From NCBI GenBank assembly GCA_963845755.1, contig CAWJTV010000005.1, positions 576,001-640,000 on the forward strand: DNA of 64,000 nucleotides, written 5' to 3'. Both the position numbers and the translations under genes were made by a program. Source of the stretch: an uncultured Planctomycetota bacterium. Its GTDB lineage: Bacteria; Planctomycetota; Planctomycetia; Isosphaerales; Isosphaeraceae. Positions 42,697 to 55,606 of the stretch are shown one piece after another (the first letter of the stretch is position 1; each line of letters starts with the position of its first letter). The notes under the pieces were generated by a model. The model saw only the letters and a list, made by a program, of their open reading frames with translations, was not told the DNA's origin and did no database searches.

Positions 42697-45600
42697 ATGA
42701 GCATGCCGTCCCTCGACCCAGACGAATCCCCATCCGACGATTCGGAGACGACGGCGCCTCCGGAATCGGTCCCGACCACGATTATCGAACAGCCCAGTCA
42801 AACCTCGGAACACGATTCTGAGTCGTCGAGAGCTGGCTGGGTTCTGATCGCTCTCATCCCTTATGAAGGGGTCGAGCCGCCCGCGGACATCCGAGACGAT
42901 CTGGCGCGGTCGGTCTGGTGCACGGTTTCGTCGATCTGGCACCCTGCGTTGATCGGATCCGCGAAGGAGTTGCCTCGCATCGAACCGATTGAGTCCCCGT
43001 CCCCGCCCGGCCCTCGAGAAGTGCGCGTCATTCCCGACGGTGCGGGCGACAGGCTTCCTTCGGGCTATCGAACGCAAGCCGAGGATTCCGGTGCGGTGCT
43101 CCTGGATTCGGGCACGGATCGCGCCGAGTTGATCGGACGGATTCAGGCGAGGATGGGAATCCTGGCTGAGGCGGACACCGCAGAGGACGAACCGAAGAGA
43201 GCCGTGGCCCGCGATTACCTCGCGCTCGGCACGGTCTTCTGGATGCTTCGCAACCTGACCGTCGCGATGGGTCACTCGGATAACCTGGACCGGGAGAGCG
43301 TCTGGCGTGAGTTGCTGGCTGGATCCCACGGGTGGAAGGTGGGGGATTCCCCGGCGGCGGTGAATCGCCTCCGTGCCGCCTTTGAGGTGCTGACCCAGGC
43401 GCGGGAGCGATTCTATCCGGTCAACTCTTACTTGCTCGACCTCTGCCTCCTGGATCCGGCCATGCCGTCGGGAGTGCTCGCCGGCCCCTTGGCGACGGCG
43501 GTGCCCATGACGTTCATCGCACCCGCCCGGGCGATCGAAAACCAGGCCTCCGCCGACCCCGAGGCGTTGGCCGCACTGTGCCAGGCAATCACCGAGGGAT
43601 GGGCCGACGTGGCGGGTGGGACCTACGCCGAGTCCGACGATGCCTTGTTCCCCCTGGAGTCGATCTTCTGGCAATTCCAGCACGGGGCGGAGGTCTATCG
43701 TGCCCACCTCGAGGGTCGCAACGTCGAGACGTATGCCCGCCGCCGCTTCGGACTCTTCGTCCAGTTGCCCCAAGTCGCCAAGCGGTTCGGGATCCGATAC
43801 GCGGTTCACTTGTCCTTCGACACGGGTCGATTCCCGGTTCGACCGGAAACGAAGCGGCTCTGGGAGGGTCCCGAGGGGAGCAGCCTGGAGAGCCTGTTGC
43901 GTCCGCCGTTGGCCGCCGATCGCGATTCTCAGGGTTGGCTGCTCCCCTGGCGAATCGGGGCGACTATGCGCGACGACCATGTCGCCGCAGTACCGGTGGT
44001 CCACTGGCCGAGGCCGGTGGCATCCTGGTATGAGGACCTGCGCCGGGTCGCGACATACTCTCCGGTCCTGGGGCGTTGGACCACCCTCAATGACTTCTTC
44101 CACCTGACCGACCGCCCTTACGAGACGTTCCGCCCCGACCCTGACGCGTACGCGACGCCGTACCTCGTCCAGGCGGTTGCGAAACGCCAGGCGACACCCG
44201 TATCGGGGCTGGCCCGGCATCACCGACTTCGCGCGCGACTGGAGACATCTCGGACCATCCAGGGGCTGAGCCGTGCCCTGGCTTCGGCCGCCGGAAACGT
44301 GATCGGCCAGTGCGGAACTCGTTCGAGACGTCTCCTCTCTCGAGGCGATTGAAGAGCAGATCGAATGCGAACGTTCGGAGGAGGCCGCCTCCGCGCTGGA
44401 GCGGCACGTTCCCGCCTGGGCGGAAGCCTTGACGCGCCTCATCGTTGGGGCCGGATCGACGAACCGAACGAAGCGGCGCGGCTTCCTTGTGTTGAACCCA
44501 CTGGGCGTACCGCGACGTGTGGCCGTGGTCCTGCCGGGAGCGGCGCTGGACCTGCGGCCCGAGGGTCCGCTCCGCACGGCCCAGTTCACGGACGAGGGCG
44601 TGTTCGCGGTGGTGGACCTCCCCGCGTTTGGCTTCGCCTGGGTCCCGGCTGAGTCCGAGCCGGGGCGCTCGCCGGCCGCAGCGAGCGGACTGTCGGCCAA
44701 AGGGCGACAACTCCGCAATGAGTCTGTCGAGATCCAGGTTGACTCGACGACCGGCGGCCTCCGGAGCATCGCCAACGTCGGAGAGGCAACGGCCCGATTG
44801 GGGCAGCAACTTGTCATAGCCGGTCTGGTCAACACTGCGGGAAAGCCGGTCAACTCGCAGATGCGGTGTGATCGGTTCGAGATCGATTACGCCGGCCCCG
44901 CACTGGTGCAGGGGATGGCTTCCGGCTTCCTGATCGATCCCCGTCAGGGGAATCGGCTGGCCTCGTTCGACCAACGATATCGTCTCTGGGCCGGGCGGCC
45001 GATCCTCGAAATCGAAGTGCGACTGAAGGATCTCGATCCGGCCTGGGTTGAACAAGCTGCCCGGTCCGATCCGTGGTCGGTCTACCTGGCCTGCCGCTGG
45101 GCCTGGCCGGATTCGAATGCGATGCTCCGCCGCACGGTGCTCTGGTCGCCCGAACTCACGGAGGTCGAGCGGCCAGAAACCCCCGACGCGCTGGATATCT
45201 CGACCCGGACTCAGCGAACGGCGCTCCTCTTCGGCGGACTCGCCCATCATCGCAAACAGGGTGGTCGAATGCTCGACACGCTGCTCGTGGCCGGGGCCGA
45301 GACCTGTCGTGTCTTCACGCTGGGCGTCGTACTGGATCTGGAATACCCCTTCCATGCCGCGCAGGACTTCATCACACCGGCGGTCGTCGTCGCCACGGAA
45401 GATGGTCCCCCGTCGCTGGGCGTCACAGGCTGGCTGGTGCTCCTGGACCAGAAGAAGGTGGCTATCTCGCGGGTTGAGTTCGCCGAGAACGCCGGTGATC
45501 GCGGCTGGGGCCTGGTGATCCACCTGCTCGAGACCGCCGGGCAATCGGGCCGCTGCCGCTTGAGGTTGTTCCGCAACCCGACCTGGGCGCGACAGGTCAA

Positions 45601-45703
45601 CTTCCTCGGCGAAACGATCATCGACCTCTCCGTGGAAGGCGATGCCGTGCATGTAGATCTAACTCCGCACGAGCTGGCTCGGGTCGAAGTAACGTTGGGA
45701 TAA
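42697..45703 (+). CDS. GH38 (alpha-mannosidase)-fold-like protein (frameshift near 44300-44340)
   Basis: VAGGTYAE..ESIFWQF, FGLFVQLPQVAKRFG, WEGPEGS, VLNPLG, LPAFGF, LRNESVEIQVD, LLETAG. Confidence 0.7.
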
Positions 45704-45716
45704 TGATGTCTCGAAT

Positions 45717-47203
<1,487 letters not shown>

Positions 47204-47217
47204 GGGTGCACCTCTAT

Positions 47218-49620
47218 CTATTCTAGTGTGATCGTTTCGTCCAGATTCAGGATGACGCCGGCGGTGGCCATGTGGGCCGCCAGGTCGATCGGATCGAGCT
47301 TCGGGTCGGACGGGCTCTCGCCATGGCGGATGAGTTGGAGCGCAGCCTGTCGGTCGGAGGCATACGCGGCGCGGTAGCGTTCGAGCCCGCGGCTCAAGAC
47401 GGCCAACTCGGCGGACGTCGGTCTGCGGGAAGTGGCCCTGCGGAACGCAAAGGCGATACGTTCTTCATCGTTGCATCCGCCTTCGGCAAGCATGATCTGG
47501 GCCAGTCCCCGCGCGGCCTCGACATACGCCACGTCGTTCAGCAGCTCGAGGGCCTGGAGGGGGGTATTCGTACGGGAACGCTTCACCTGGCAAGTCTCGC
47601 GACTGGGTGCGTCGAATGTCGCCAGGGCGGGATGCGGCACGGTCCGCTTGCGGTATACGTAGAGGCTGCGGCGGTAGAGGTTCGCCCCTTGGTCCTGGAT
47701 ATAAGGTCCCTCTCCGGCGCCACCGGCCAGCTCTTCCCAGAGACCGGCGGGTTGATACGGCTTGACCGACGGACCGCCGAGCCGCGTCGTCAAGAGCCCG
47801 GCGATGGCCAGCGCGTTATCGCGGACCACCTCGGCCGAAAGGCGAAACCGCGGTCCGCGCCGAGCAAGCGGTTTTCCGGGTCGTGGGCCAGCAGTGCCGG
47901 ACGCACGCGCGACGCCTGGCGATAGGTCGCGCTCGTGACGATCAGGCGGTGCATCGCTTTGATGTCCCACCCCGTTCGGATCAGCTCGGTGGCCAGCCAA
48001 TCCAGCAATTCCGGATGGGAAGGCAGCTCACCCTGGACTCCGAAGTTCTCGGCCGTCTTCACCAATCCCAGGCCGAAGTGGTGCTGCCAGATCCGGTTCA
48101 CGACAACTCGGGCCGTCAGCGGGTTCTCCGGCGACACCAGCCAGCGGGCCAGGCCCAGACGGTTCCTCGGCGCGCCGGCAGGGGGTTCCGACAGGCAGGA
48201 CGGAGTGCCCGGCTGGAGCCTCTTTTTCTTGTCGGGCTGGTCGTACTGGCCGCGCTTGAGGACATAGGTCGGCCGAGGCGTTGCCAGATCCTCCATGACC
48301 ATGACCGAAGGAATCGTCTTCTCGTACTCCTCCTTGGCTTTTCTGAGCTTCTCCGCGTGGGGCTTGCTCCCGTGGGCCTTGGCGACGGCGACCGCGAGGT
48401 CGAACTCGCGCAGTCGGGCTGGGTCCTCCGGCCTGGACAGGACGACCAAGGGCGGCACATTGCCTCGAGTCTCGGTATACACGCCCTTCTCGTTGACGCC
48501 GTCGAAGAACCCGAAGAACTGGTAGAACTCGGTCTGTGCGATCGGATCGAACTTGTGGTCGTGACAGCGAGCACAACCCATGGTGAGACCCAGGAACACC
48601 ATCGAGGTCGTCTCGACGCGATCCACATTGTTCTCGACCCGCCATTCCTCCTCGATCGAACCGGCCTCGGTCACGGTGCGATTGTTGCGATTAAATCCGG
48701 TGGCGATGCGCTGGGCCAAACTGGCCCCGGGACGCAGGTCGCCCGCAATCTGGTCGATCGTGAACTGATCGAATGGCTGGTTCGCATTGAAGGCATTGAT
48801 GACCCAGTCGCGCCAAGGCCACATGGTGCGAGCGAAGTCGTTCTGATAGCCATTGGTATCCGCGTATCGGGCTCCATCGAGCCAGTCCATCGCCACGCGC
48901 TCGCCGTAAGCCGGCGAGGCCAGCAGGCGGTCAACGAGCCGTTCGTAGGCATTTGGCGAGCAGTCGGAGAGGAAGGTGTCGATCTCGGCCGGAAAGGGCG
49001 GCAGCCCGGTCAGGTCGAGGGAGACACGCCGAACCAACATAGTGTGCTCCGCTTCCGGCGAGGGAGATAGCTTCTCGGCTTCGAGTCGGGCGAGGATAAA
49101 CGCATCGATCGGATTCTTCGCCCAATTTTGGTCCCGAACCAACGGCGGATTCTTCCGATACGGCGGCTCGAACGCCCAGTGATTACTCCATGATGCGCCC
49201 TGGTCGATCCAGTTCTTCAGCCGCGCGATCTGTTGAGGGGTCAGCGTTTTCCCCGACTTCCGGGGCGGCATGAGCTGCTCGGGATCGTCGCTCGTGATGC
49301 GCTGGATCAGCTCGCTGCTCTTGCTCTTGCCGGGCACGATCACCGGTTCGGCCTTGCGCAGGGCGCTCTCCTTGACATCGAGCCGCAGATCGGCCTTGCG
49401 CAGTCCTGGAGTCGGGGCCGTGGCAGCGGAAGCAGTTGTCCGAGAGGATCGGCAAGATCTCGCGTCGGAAATCGACCGGATCGGGCGTTCCTGCCCGAGC
49501 GAATCCCGGGAGTAGAATCACGGCGACAATTGTTACGAGGAGGACGCCGATCCAGCGATGGGCTCGCGCAGTGATATCCGGCTGACGATCGCAACGAAAG
49601 GCGGGCGAGTCGGGGCGCAT
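47218..49620 (-). CDS. Planctomycete cytochrome c + DUF1549/DUF1553 (PSD1) protein (frameshifts near 49402 and 47860)
   Basis: [65 protein letters not shown]. Confidence 0.92.
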
Positions 49621-49750
49621 ACGTAGTTCGTGCTCGATAAGGAAGGCAGGCTGGATGAGGAGGGATGTCGCTTCACCGTTCATTATCGCGGTCCCCGACG
49701 CTCTGAGGCAAGGTCACGAGATGAGATGGGAGCGCCTCCCGATCCAAGTC

Positions 49751-51135
49751 TTATAGCACCCACCCCTTGCGATACTCGATGTGAAGATACTGATTCAGCT
49801 CCGGTGCGTTCGTGACCTTTATCTTCTCACTATCCCATTCCAGCCTCCGACCGGGCGCCCGGAGCGCGAGGACGCCCAGGAGGACGATCTCAGTCATGGG
49901 GCCGGCATAGTCGAAGTTCGACACAGGACGCGGGCCACCTTTGCAGGCTTCCACCCATTCCTCGTAATGCCCCGGCGAGCGCTTCATCGTCCTGGGGACC
50001 GTGTTGGCCTTTTCATGAAGGGCGTGGGGTAAGAGTTCCGGCGTGCCGCCGTGGGAACTGTGGTACATCTTCCCCTCTGTGCCGATGTAGAGCACGCCGT
50101 TATCGGGAAGGCCCTGGCCTGGCGCCATTTCCGATGGCGTCGGCGGCATGAGACCACCTTCGTACCACGTCATCCGGACGGGTGGTTTGTCGCCGGCGCC
50201 GGAAAGTCGAAGTAGATGACGGCGGCGATGGGGTAAGTCTCGAAGTTCGGTTTGTCGCCATCGAGGAAGGAACCGTCGAGGGTCGTTCGGGCCTCAACTG
50301 CCGTCGGCGCGCCGAGTCCGAGCGCCCAGACGGGATGATCGATGATGTGGCAACCCATGTCTCCGAGCGCCCCCGTTCCGAAGTCCCGCCATCCGCGCCA
50401 ACTGACGGGAGCGTACGCCGGGTGATAAGGCCGGGGGTGGACAGGCCCCAACCAGAGATCCCAGTCGAGGGTTTGGGGTATAGGCGGCGTGTCCTTGGGA
50501 CGGCCGATACCTTGCTTCCAGAGGCGGCCGGCCCGGTCCGACCAGACGTGGACCTCCCGAACAGCTCCGATGACCCCGGACTGGATCCACTCGTTGGTCA
50601 GCCGGGCTCCTTCCGTGGCGTGTCCCTGGTTACCCATCTGTGTCGCGACCCCGGCCCGTCGAGCGGCCTTCGTGACCTCTCGGCACTCGACCAGCGTGTG
50701 AGTGAGCGGTTTCTGGCAATACACCGGCTTCCCCGCACGGATCGCCGCCATTGTCGCGATGGCGTGGATGTGGTCCGGTGTCCCCACCGTGATTGCGTCA
50801 ATGCGACCTGCCTCCTGGTCGATCATTTTGCGGAAGTCTTTGTATCGCCGTGCCTTGGGAAAGGCATTAAAGGAGCCGGAAGCCCGTTCCTCATCCACGT
50901 CGCACAGGGCGACGATGTTGGCACCCAGACGGCTGATGGTGGCGATGTCTCCGCCTCCCATGCCGCCGGCCCCGATGCTGGCGACGTCGAGGCGGTCGCT
51001 CGGCGCGACGAACCCGGCGCCTCCCAGGACGTGACGCGGAACGATCGTGAAGCCGAGCGCCAGTGCGCCGCCGGTGCCCAGGAAGACCCGTCGCGATCGA
51101 TCGACTGGACTCTGTTCATCATGAGGAGTTTGCAT
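49751..51135 (-). CDS. Gfo/Idh/MocA oxidoreductase with Tat-like signal (frameshift near 50195)
   Basis: SRRVFL, IGAGGMG, TPDH, VYCQKP, LDWDLWLGP, GDMGCH. Confidence 0.92.
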
Positions 51136-51200
51136 CGTGAATCGTTCCTCGATGGTCCAGGGAAACCTCGCGCCTCGTCAGAAGGGATGATGACCCGGAT

Positions 51201-51986
51201 TCAGTTCTTCACTGGGTCCGTTCGACCCGCCACCACCCAGTCCATTCCTTGTACGATCAGGCGCATCAGGTTCGGGTCGCGGAGCGGCTCATAATCGGGG
51301 TGGTCCTTCCATCCGGTATGGCCGAGGTTGGTGTGGAAGACCCGGCCCTTGCCGAAGGTCCGCGTCCATGCGACGGGCCAGGCAACTCCCTGATGCTCGA
51401 TCGTAGCCAGAGGCTGGACGTCGGCCATCATCTGCATCTGGTAGTAGAGCTCGTCTGTCAGTTCGAAGTCCTTGAGACCCTGAGTGATCGGGCTCGCCGT
51501 ATCGGCGATCTTGACCATGTAGGTGCCTTTCCGCGTCTTGCCATCGGGCTGTCCGACGTGAGAGAAGATACCGCCCAGCATGTCTTTCCATTCGGGGAGC
51601 CAGTCGGCCGCGGCATTATCGGCGCCATGGATCGAGACATAGCCGTGTCCGGAGCGGACGAACTCGAAAATGGCCTGTTGCTGGCTCCGGGTGAACTTCG
51701 ATTCCGGGTCGCGGCGATCGGCGGCGACGATGAGCAGGTCGTACTTGCGGATGGCTGGGGTTTCGAGGATTGCGGCGTCCTCGCCGATGGTCACCTGGAA
51801 CCGGCCCGTGTTCTCCAGGGTACGGGAAAGGTAGAATGCCTGGTCGCGGTAGCCGTGGTGTTCGCGCTGGCCGCCCGAGAGCAGGAAGACCTTGGCGCCG
51901 CTGGGCACCTTCTTCTGGGCCTGCGCGGGCTGGATGAGACAGACGGAGAACACCAGGCTCAGTCCGATGATGGGAAGTTTGGTCAA
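51201..51986 (-). CDS. ThuA-like domain secreted protein
   Basis: FVRSGHGYVSIHGA, LGGIFSH, DELY, PVAWTRTFGKGRVFHTNLGH; start uncertain (TTG 51986). Confidence 0.85.
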   Translation of the reverse strand: MTKLPIIGLSLVFSVCLIQPAQAQKKVPSGAKVFLLSGGQREHHGYRDQAFYLSRTLENTGRFQVTIGEDAAILETPAIRKYDLLIVAADRRDPESKFTRSQQQAIFEFVRSGHGYVSIHGADNAAADWLPEWKDMLGGIFSHVGQPDGKTRKGTYMVKIADTASPITQGLKDFELTDELYYQMQMMADVQPLATIEHQGVAWPVAWTRTFGKGRVFHTNLGHTGWKDHPDYEPLRDPNLMRLIVQGMDWVVAGRTDPVKN

Positions 51987-52155
51987 GGAAGTCGCTCCTG
52001 CCCGGGGGGCCCTCTTGGTAGGATCAGGCAACAGTGGATCGACCGGGATGCACTCTTGAGACCTCAATGGAGAAGACGAGTCGTAGCGTAAACCGGTCCG
52101 GGCTTGGTCGCAAGTCTCGGCCCGGCAATCGCCACGATCGAGGAGTTCGCAACCG

Positions 52156-52731
52156 ATGAGACAATCGAACCGGCTTCGCCAAAGCGTGTGCGGTCTTCTG
52201 GGGATGGCGGCCATGACGCTGCTTCTGGCCGGGGCCGACAAGCCCAAGCAAACCATCGACACAGGAGGCCTGAAATTCGACGTGCCGAAGTCCTGGACGT
52301 CGAGCCCTCCGCCCGGCGGTGGCATGCGAGTGGCTCAGTTGAAGGTCGAACCGATCGAGGGCGAGGACTACGCGGCCGAGATGCTCGTTTACGTTTTCCG
52401 TCCCAGTGCAGGGACGGTTGAAGCCAATCTGAAGCGTTGGCAGGGTTGGTTCAAGGACAAGGATGGGAATCAACCCACGATCGAGAGCAAGAAAGTCAAG
52501 GGGAAGAACGTCGAGGTGACCCGAGCCGAGACCCACGGTGAATTCCAACCGCCGCAGCTCCCCGGGCGCCCCGCGGAGCCGAAGCGATCGAATGCCCGGT
52601 TCCTGGGCGCCATCGTGCCCGGCGAAGGGGCCACGTACTACATCCGCATGGTCGGTCCCGACAAGACGATGACCAAACTCAAACCGGAGTTCGACGCCGT
52701 CTTGAGTTCGATGGAAGTTGGGGCGAAGTAA
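52156..52731 (+). CDS. Secreted hypothetical protein
   Basis: GAGGAG RBS; signal peptide; GTVEANLKRWQGWF, YYIRMVGP. Confidence 0.75.
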   Translation: MRQSNRLRQSVCGLLGMAAMTLLLAGADKPKQTIDTGGLKFDVPKSWTSSPPPGGGMRVAQLKVEPIEGEDYAAEMLVYVFRPSAGTVEANLKRWQGWFKDKDGNQPTIESKKVKGKNVEVTRAETHGEFQPPQLPGRPAEPKRSNARFLGAIVPGEGATYYIRMVGPDKTMTKLKPEFDAVLSSMEVGAK

Positions 52732-52860
52732 AGGAGACTGGCCGGCGTATTGGATCCGCGCGGCAGGCAGATCATGCTTCCTGCCGCGGCTTCGTATCGA
52801 CCGAGCCGGGTCATGAGGAAGTGTGCCGCCCGCGACCTGACGCCGAGGAGCCGCTGAGCG

Positions 52861-53427
52861 ATGGTGAGCATCACGATCATTTGCGCACGCTGCACGCTGA
52901 CGAATCACGTCTCGGACCGCTACTGCTCGAGTTGCGGGCTTCCACTGGGCGCGGTCGAGGCCGACGCCGGCGCCGGCTCCGACGCGCTCGGCCCTTATGA
53001 GATCCCCGAGCCGGCGGACCCCGACGTCGCCTGTCTGCTCCTGGAATTCGTCCGGCGCGGCGGCTACGACGCGAACCCCTCGGGCCAGGGCTGGCAAGTC
53101 GTCGTCCCGCTCCGGCTGGATCGGAAGCAGGCCGTCTATGTCGGACCGGCTGGCATCGACTCCGAGGGCCGCACAATCCTCGGACTGGTCTCCGTGTGCG
53201 GACCGGTCAACGAGCGCGATTGCCGCAGCCTGCTCAAACTCAATGCACGCATCGTCGAGGGGCATTTCGCGATCCGCGTCCTTCGCGGCGAAGAATACTT
53301 CGTCGTCATCGAAAACGTTCCCGCCGATACGATGCGAACTATCGACGCCAACGGATTGATCCGGCGCATCGCCAACCTCGCCGACGGCCTGGAAGAACGG
53401 CTCTCCCGAGGTGCCGACATCTATTGA
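52861..53427 (+). CDS. Zinc-ribbon protein with YbjN/chaperone-like C-terminal domain
   Basis: CARC-x10-CSSC; RKQAVYV, SVCGP, LLKLNA..GHFAI, ADGLEERL..DIY. Confidence 0.7.
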   Translation: MVSITIICARCTLTNHVSDRYCSSCGLPLGAVEADAGAGSDALGPYEIPEPADPDVACLLLEFVRRGGYDANPSGQGWQVVVPLRLDRKQAVYVGPAGIDSEGRTILGLVSVCGPVNERDCRSLLKLNARIVEGHFAIRVLRGEEYFVVIENVPADTMRTIDANGLIRRIANLADGLEERLSRGADIY

Positions 53428-53531
53428 TGCGGGTGTGTTGCAGGATGACAGATTATCGATCGTAGTCAATCGCAGATTGCAATGCATCGTGCAGGCTTTC
53501 GTGATTGTGTGACTGGCTGCGAAACTTGTGG

Positions 53532-53725
53532 TTGGCTTTGTTTTTATCAAGTGAAACGGTCAAGCGTGCTATACAATCGGAATAAATTTCCTATTTTTCC
53601 TATCTTTGGCTTCGTTTTGACGGTTCTTGAAGACGTATGAGTCTCAAACGCCCCTGCAATTCCACTTTTTCGATAAATTCGATTTATTCTTCTCATTTTG
53701 CTCATTCTGTTCTTGGCTTCGTTTC
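53532..53725 (-). repeat. Three spaced copies of AAACRAAGCCAA in an AT-rich intergenic region
   Basis: + strand TTGGCTTYGTTT at 53532, 53606 and 53713. Confidence 0.7.
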
Positions 53726-54181
53726 TTGAATTTGAGACGACCTTTCCCCCATCGGACGACTCGGACAACCTGAGCGGAACATTCAGGCGATAACTCCTCA
53801 CGGGATATGATCCGAAGATCGGCGTCTCGAGTTGCATAAATTTTTATGGATCTTTGGGTTTTCTTGAGGCGAGCGCGTAAGGCAAGCAGTATTGATTGCA
53901 TCAGAGAGTGCGCGATCGACGATCGCCGCGATAACTCGATTTCCAGTGTGGCGGACCGACCGAGCCGAGGAGTTGGACGGATCGCACTGACGTGCGAGGT
54001 TGGAGGTCCCCCCGTTCGAACCGCGAGCTTGCGCCCCTGGTCACGACGAGGCAGCCGTTGCACCCGGGCGAGCGGGCCTTATTGGAATCGATTCTGAAAC
54101 GCGGTTCATTTCGATCTGATCGAGAGCACCCGACGAGTCCCAACGAGGGTGTTGCGATCCGTCGGTACAAAGGCGCCCCTC

Positions 54182-54224
54182 TTGACTCTTCTTCGATGGC
54201 TGTCTATATTGATAGACATCGAAG
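54182..54224 (+). promoter_or_regulatory. Sigma70 promoter overlapped by inverted repeat (likely ArsR operator)
   Basis: TTGACT-N17-TATATT; TGTCTAT-N4-ATAGACA flanked by CTTCGA/TCGAAG. Confidence 0.7.
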
Positions 54225-54246
54225 GAAGACGTGTGCAGTGGCAAAC

Positions 54247-54531
54247 ATGACACCGAAGCAGTTTCAGCAGATTGCGAGGGCACTGGCCGATCCTCAACGC
54301 TTCGCGATTCTCGAACGCATTGCGGGCAAGCTGGACGAGCTGCCGTGTAAGAGGCTCGTGGAAGAGTTGCCGATCTCCCAGGCAACCATCTCGCATCACA
54401 TCAAGGAGCTGGCGGAGGCCGGCCTGATCGCCTTGCGCCGCGAGGCGCAGTGTGCGTATCTGAGTTTGAACCGCGAGACGTTGGACGCGTATCGTCGGGA
54501 ACTCGGCCAGCGGCTGGTGCTGGATCGCTGA
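54247..54531 (+). CDS. ArsR/SmtB family transcriptional regulator
   Basis: ALADPQRFAIL, ISQATISHHIKELAEAGLI. Confidence 0.92.
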   Translation: MTPKQFQQIARALADPQRFAILERIAGKLDELPCKRLVEELPISQATISHHIKELAEAGLIALRREAQCAYLSLNRETLDAYRRELGQRLVLDR

Positions 54532-54726
54532 GGTCTGTCGGCGATCGTCCGCGATGCAATGGATCGCGTTGCGCACGGAAGTTGCCACAACGATCGCGGT
54601 CGTTCTGGCCCATCGGGTCAGATCGGCGTTCTGGTCGCCCAACCGCGAGGTCGTGAGACCCGCGCCGCGCCGTGATTCGGTTTTCGTGAAGGACGATTGT
54701 CTGAGATTGAAAGGGAGGAGTCGATC

Positions 54727-55488
54727 ATGGCAGAACCGCTTGCACTCTCGGGGAAAGTCGCGCTGGTGACGGGGGCATCGCGGGGCATCGGTGCGGCGAT
54801 CTCCGCCCACCTCGCCCGCGCGGGAGCGACGGTCCTGATCAACTACGGCAGGAGCGAGGACGCAGCCCAGGCCCTCGCCAAGGAGATCCAGCAGGCCGGA
54901 GGCAAGGCCCACCTGCTCCAGGCCGACGTCAGCGTGTCGAAGCAGGTCAACGCCTTGTTCGACCGGATCGACAAGTCCCACGGAGGGAAGATCGACATTC
55001 TGGTCAACAATGCCGGCGTTTACCTGACAGGGCCCCTCGCGGGGTACAGCGAAGCGGACTTCGATCGGACGTTCGACGTGAACGTGAAGTCGATGTTCCT
55101 GGTCACCCAGCGAGCGTTGAGCCGATTGACGGATGGCGGCCGAGTGATCAATATCGGCAGCATTGTCGGCGAGCGTGTCCCCATGGCCGGAGCCAGTGTA
55201 TACGCGGCGAGCAAGTTTGCCGTCGCAGGGTTCACTCGGGCGTGGGCCAGGGAACTGGCGCCGCGGAAGATCACGGTCAATGATGTGCAACCGGGCCCGA
55301 TCGATACGGATATGAACCCGGCGGACTCCGCCAAGAATCCGGCCGCCGAGATCCTGCGCGGTGTGATCCCTCTCGGGCGATACGGTCGGGCGGACGAAGT
55401 TGCGGCCGTGGTCGCGTTCCTCGCTACGCCGCAAGCTTCGTTCGTCACCGGCGCGACCATCAACGTGGACGGGGGCGTGATCGCCTGA
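54727..55488 (+). CDS. SDR family oxidoreductase
   Basis: TGASRGIG, NNAG, YAASK, PGPIDT, VDGG; GGAGGAG RBS. Confidence 0.95.
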   Translation: MAEPLALSGKVALVTGASRGIGAAISAHLARAGATVLINYGRSEDAAQALAKEIQQAGGKAHLLQADVSVSKQVNALFDRIDKSHGGKIDILVNNAGVYLTGPLAGYSEADFDRTFDVNVKSMFLVTQRALSRLTDGGRVINIGSIVGERVPMAGASVYAASKFAVAGFTRAWARELAPRKITVNDVQPGPIDTDMNPADSAKNPAAEILRGVIPLGRYGRADEVAAVVAFLATPQASFVTGATINVDGGVIA

Positions 55489-55606
55489 TAGGCTCATCCC
55501 GCTGTCCGTTGCCATGCAATGGATAAGAAACCCGGCCGGGGATTCCAGAATCCAGGGTCCTCATTCCATGACATTACCATTCCCAGGAATTTGACAGGGA
55601 CAAGAC

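Noticed and set aside
42247..44352. Apparent DUF480-GH38 fusion ORF of 701 aa
   Set aside because: Removing the extra CG near 42678 gives a natural LKSALGA stop followed by a new ATG at 42697
53532..53725. Possible CRISPR array
   Set aside because: Repeat is only 12 bp, three copies, unequal long spacers, and no cas genes in the window
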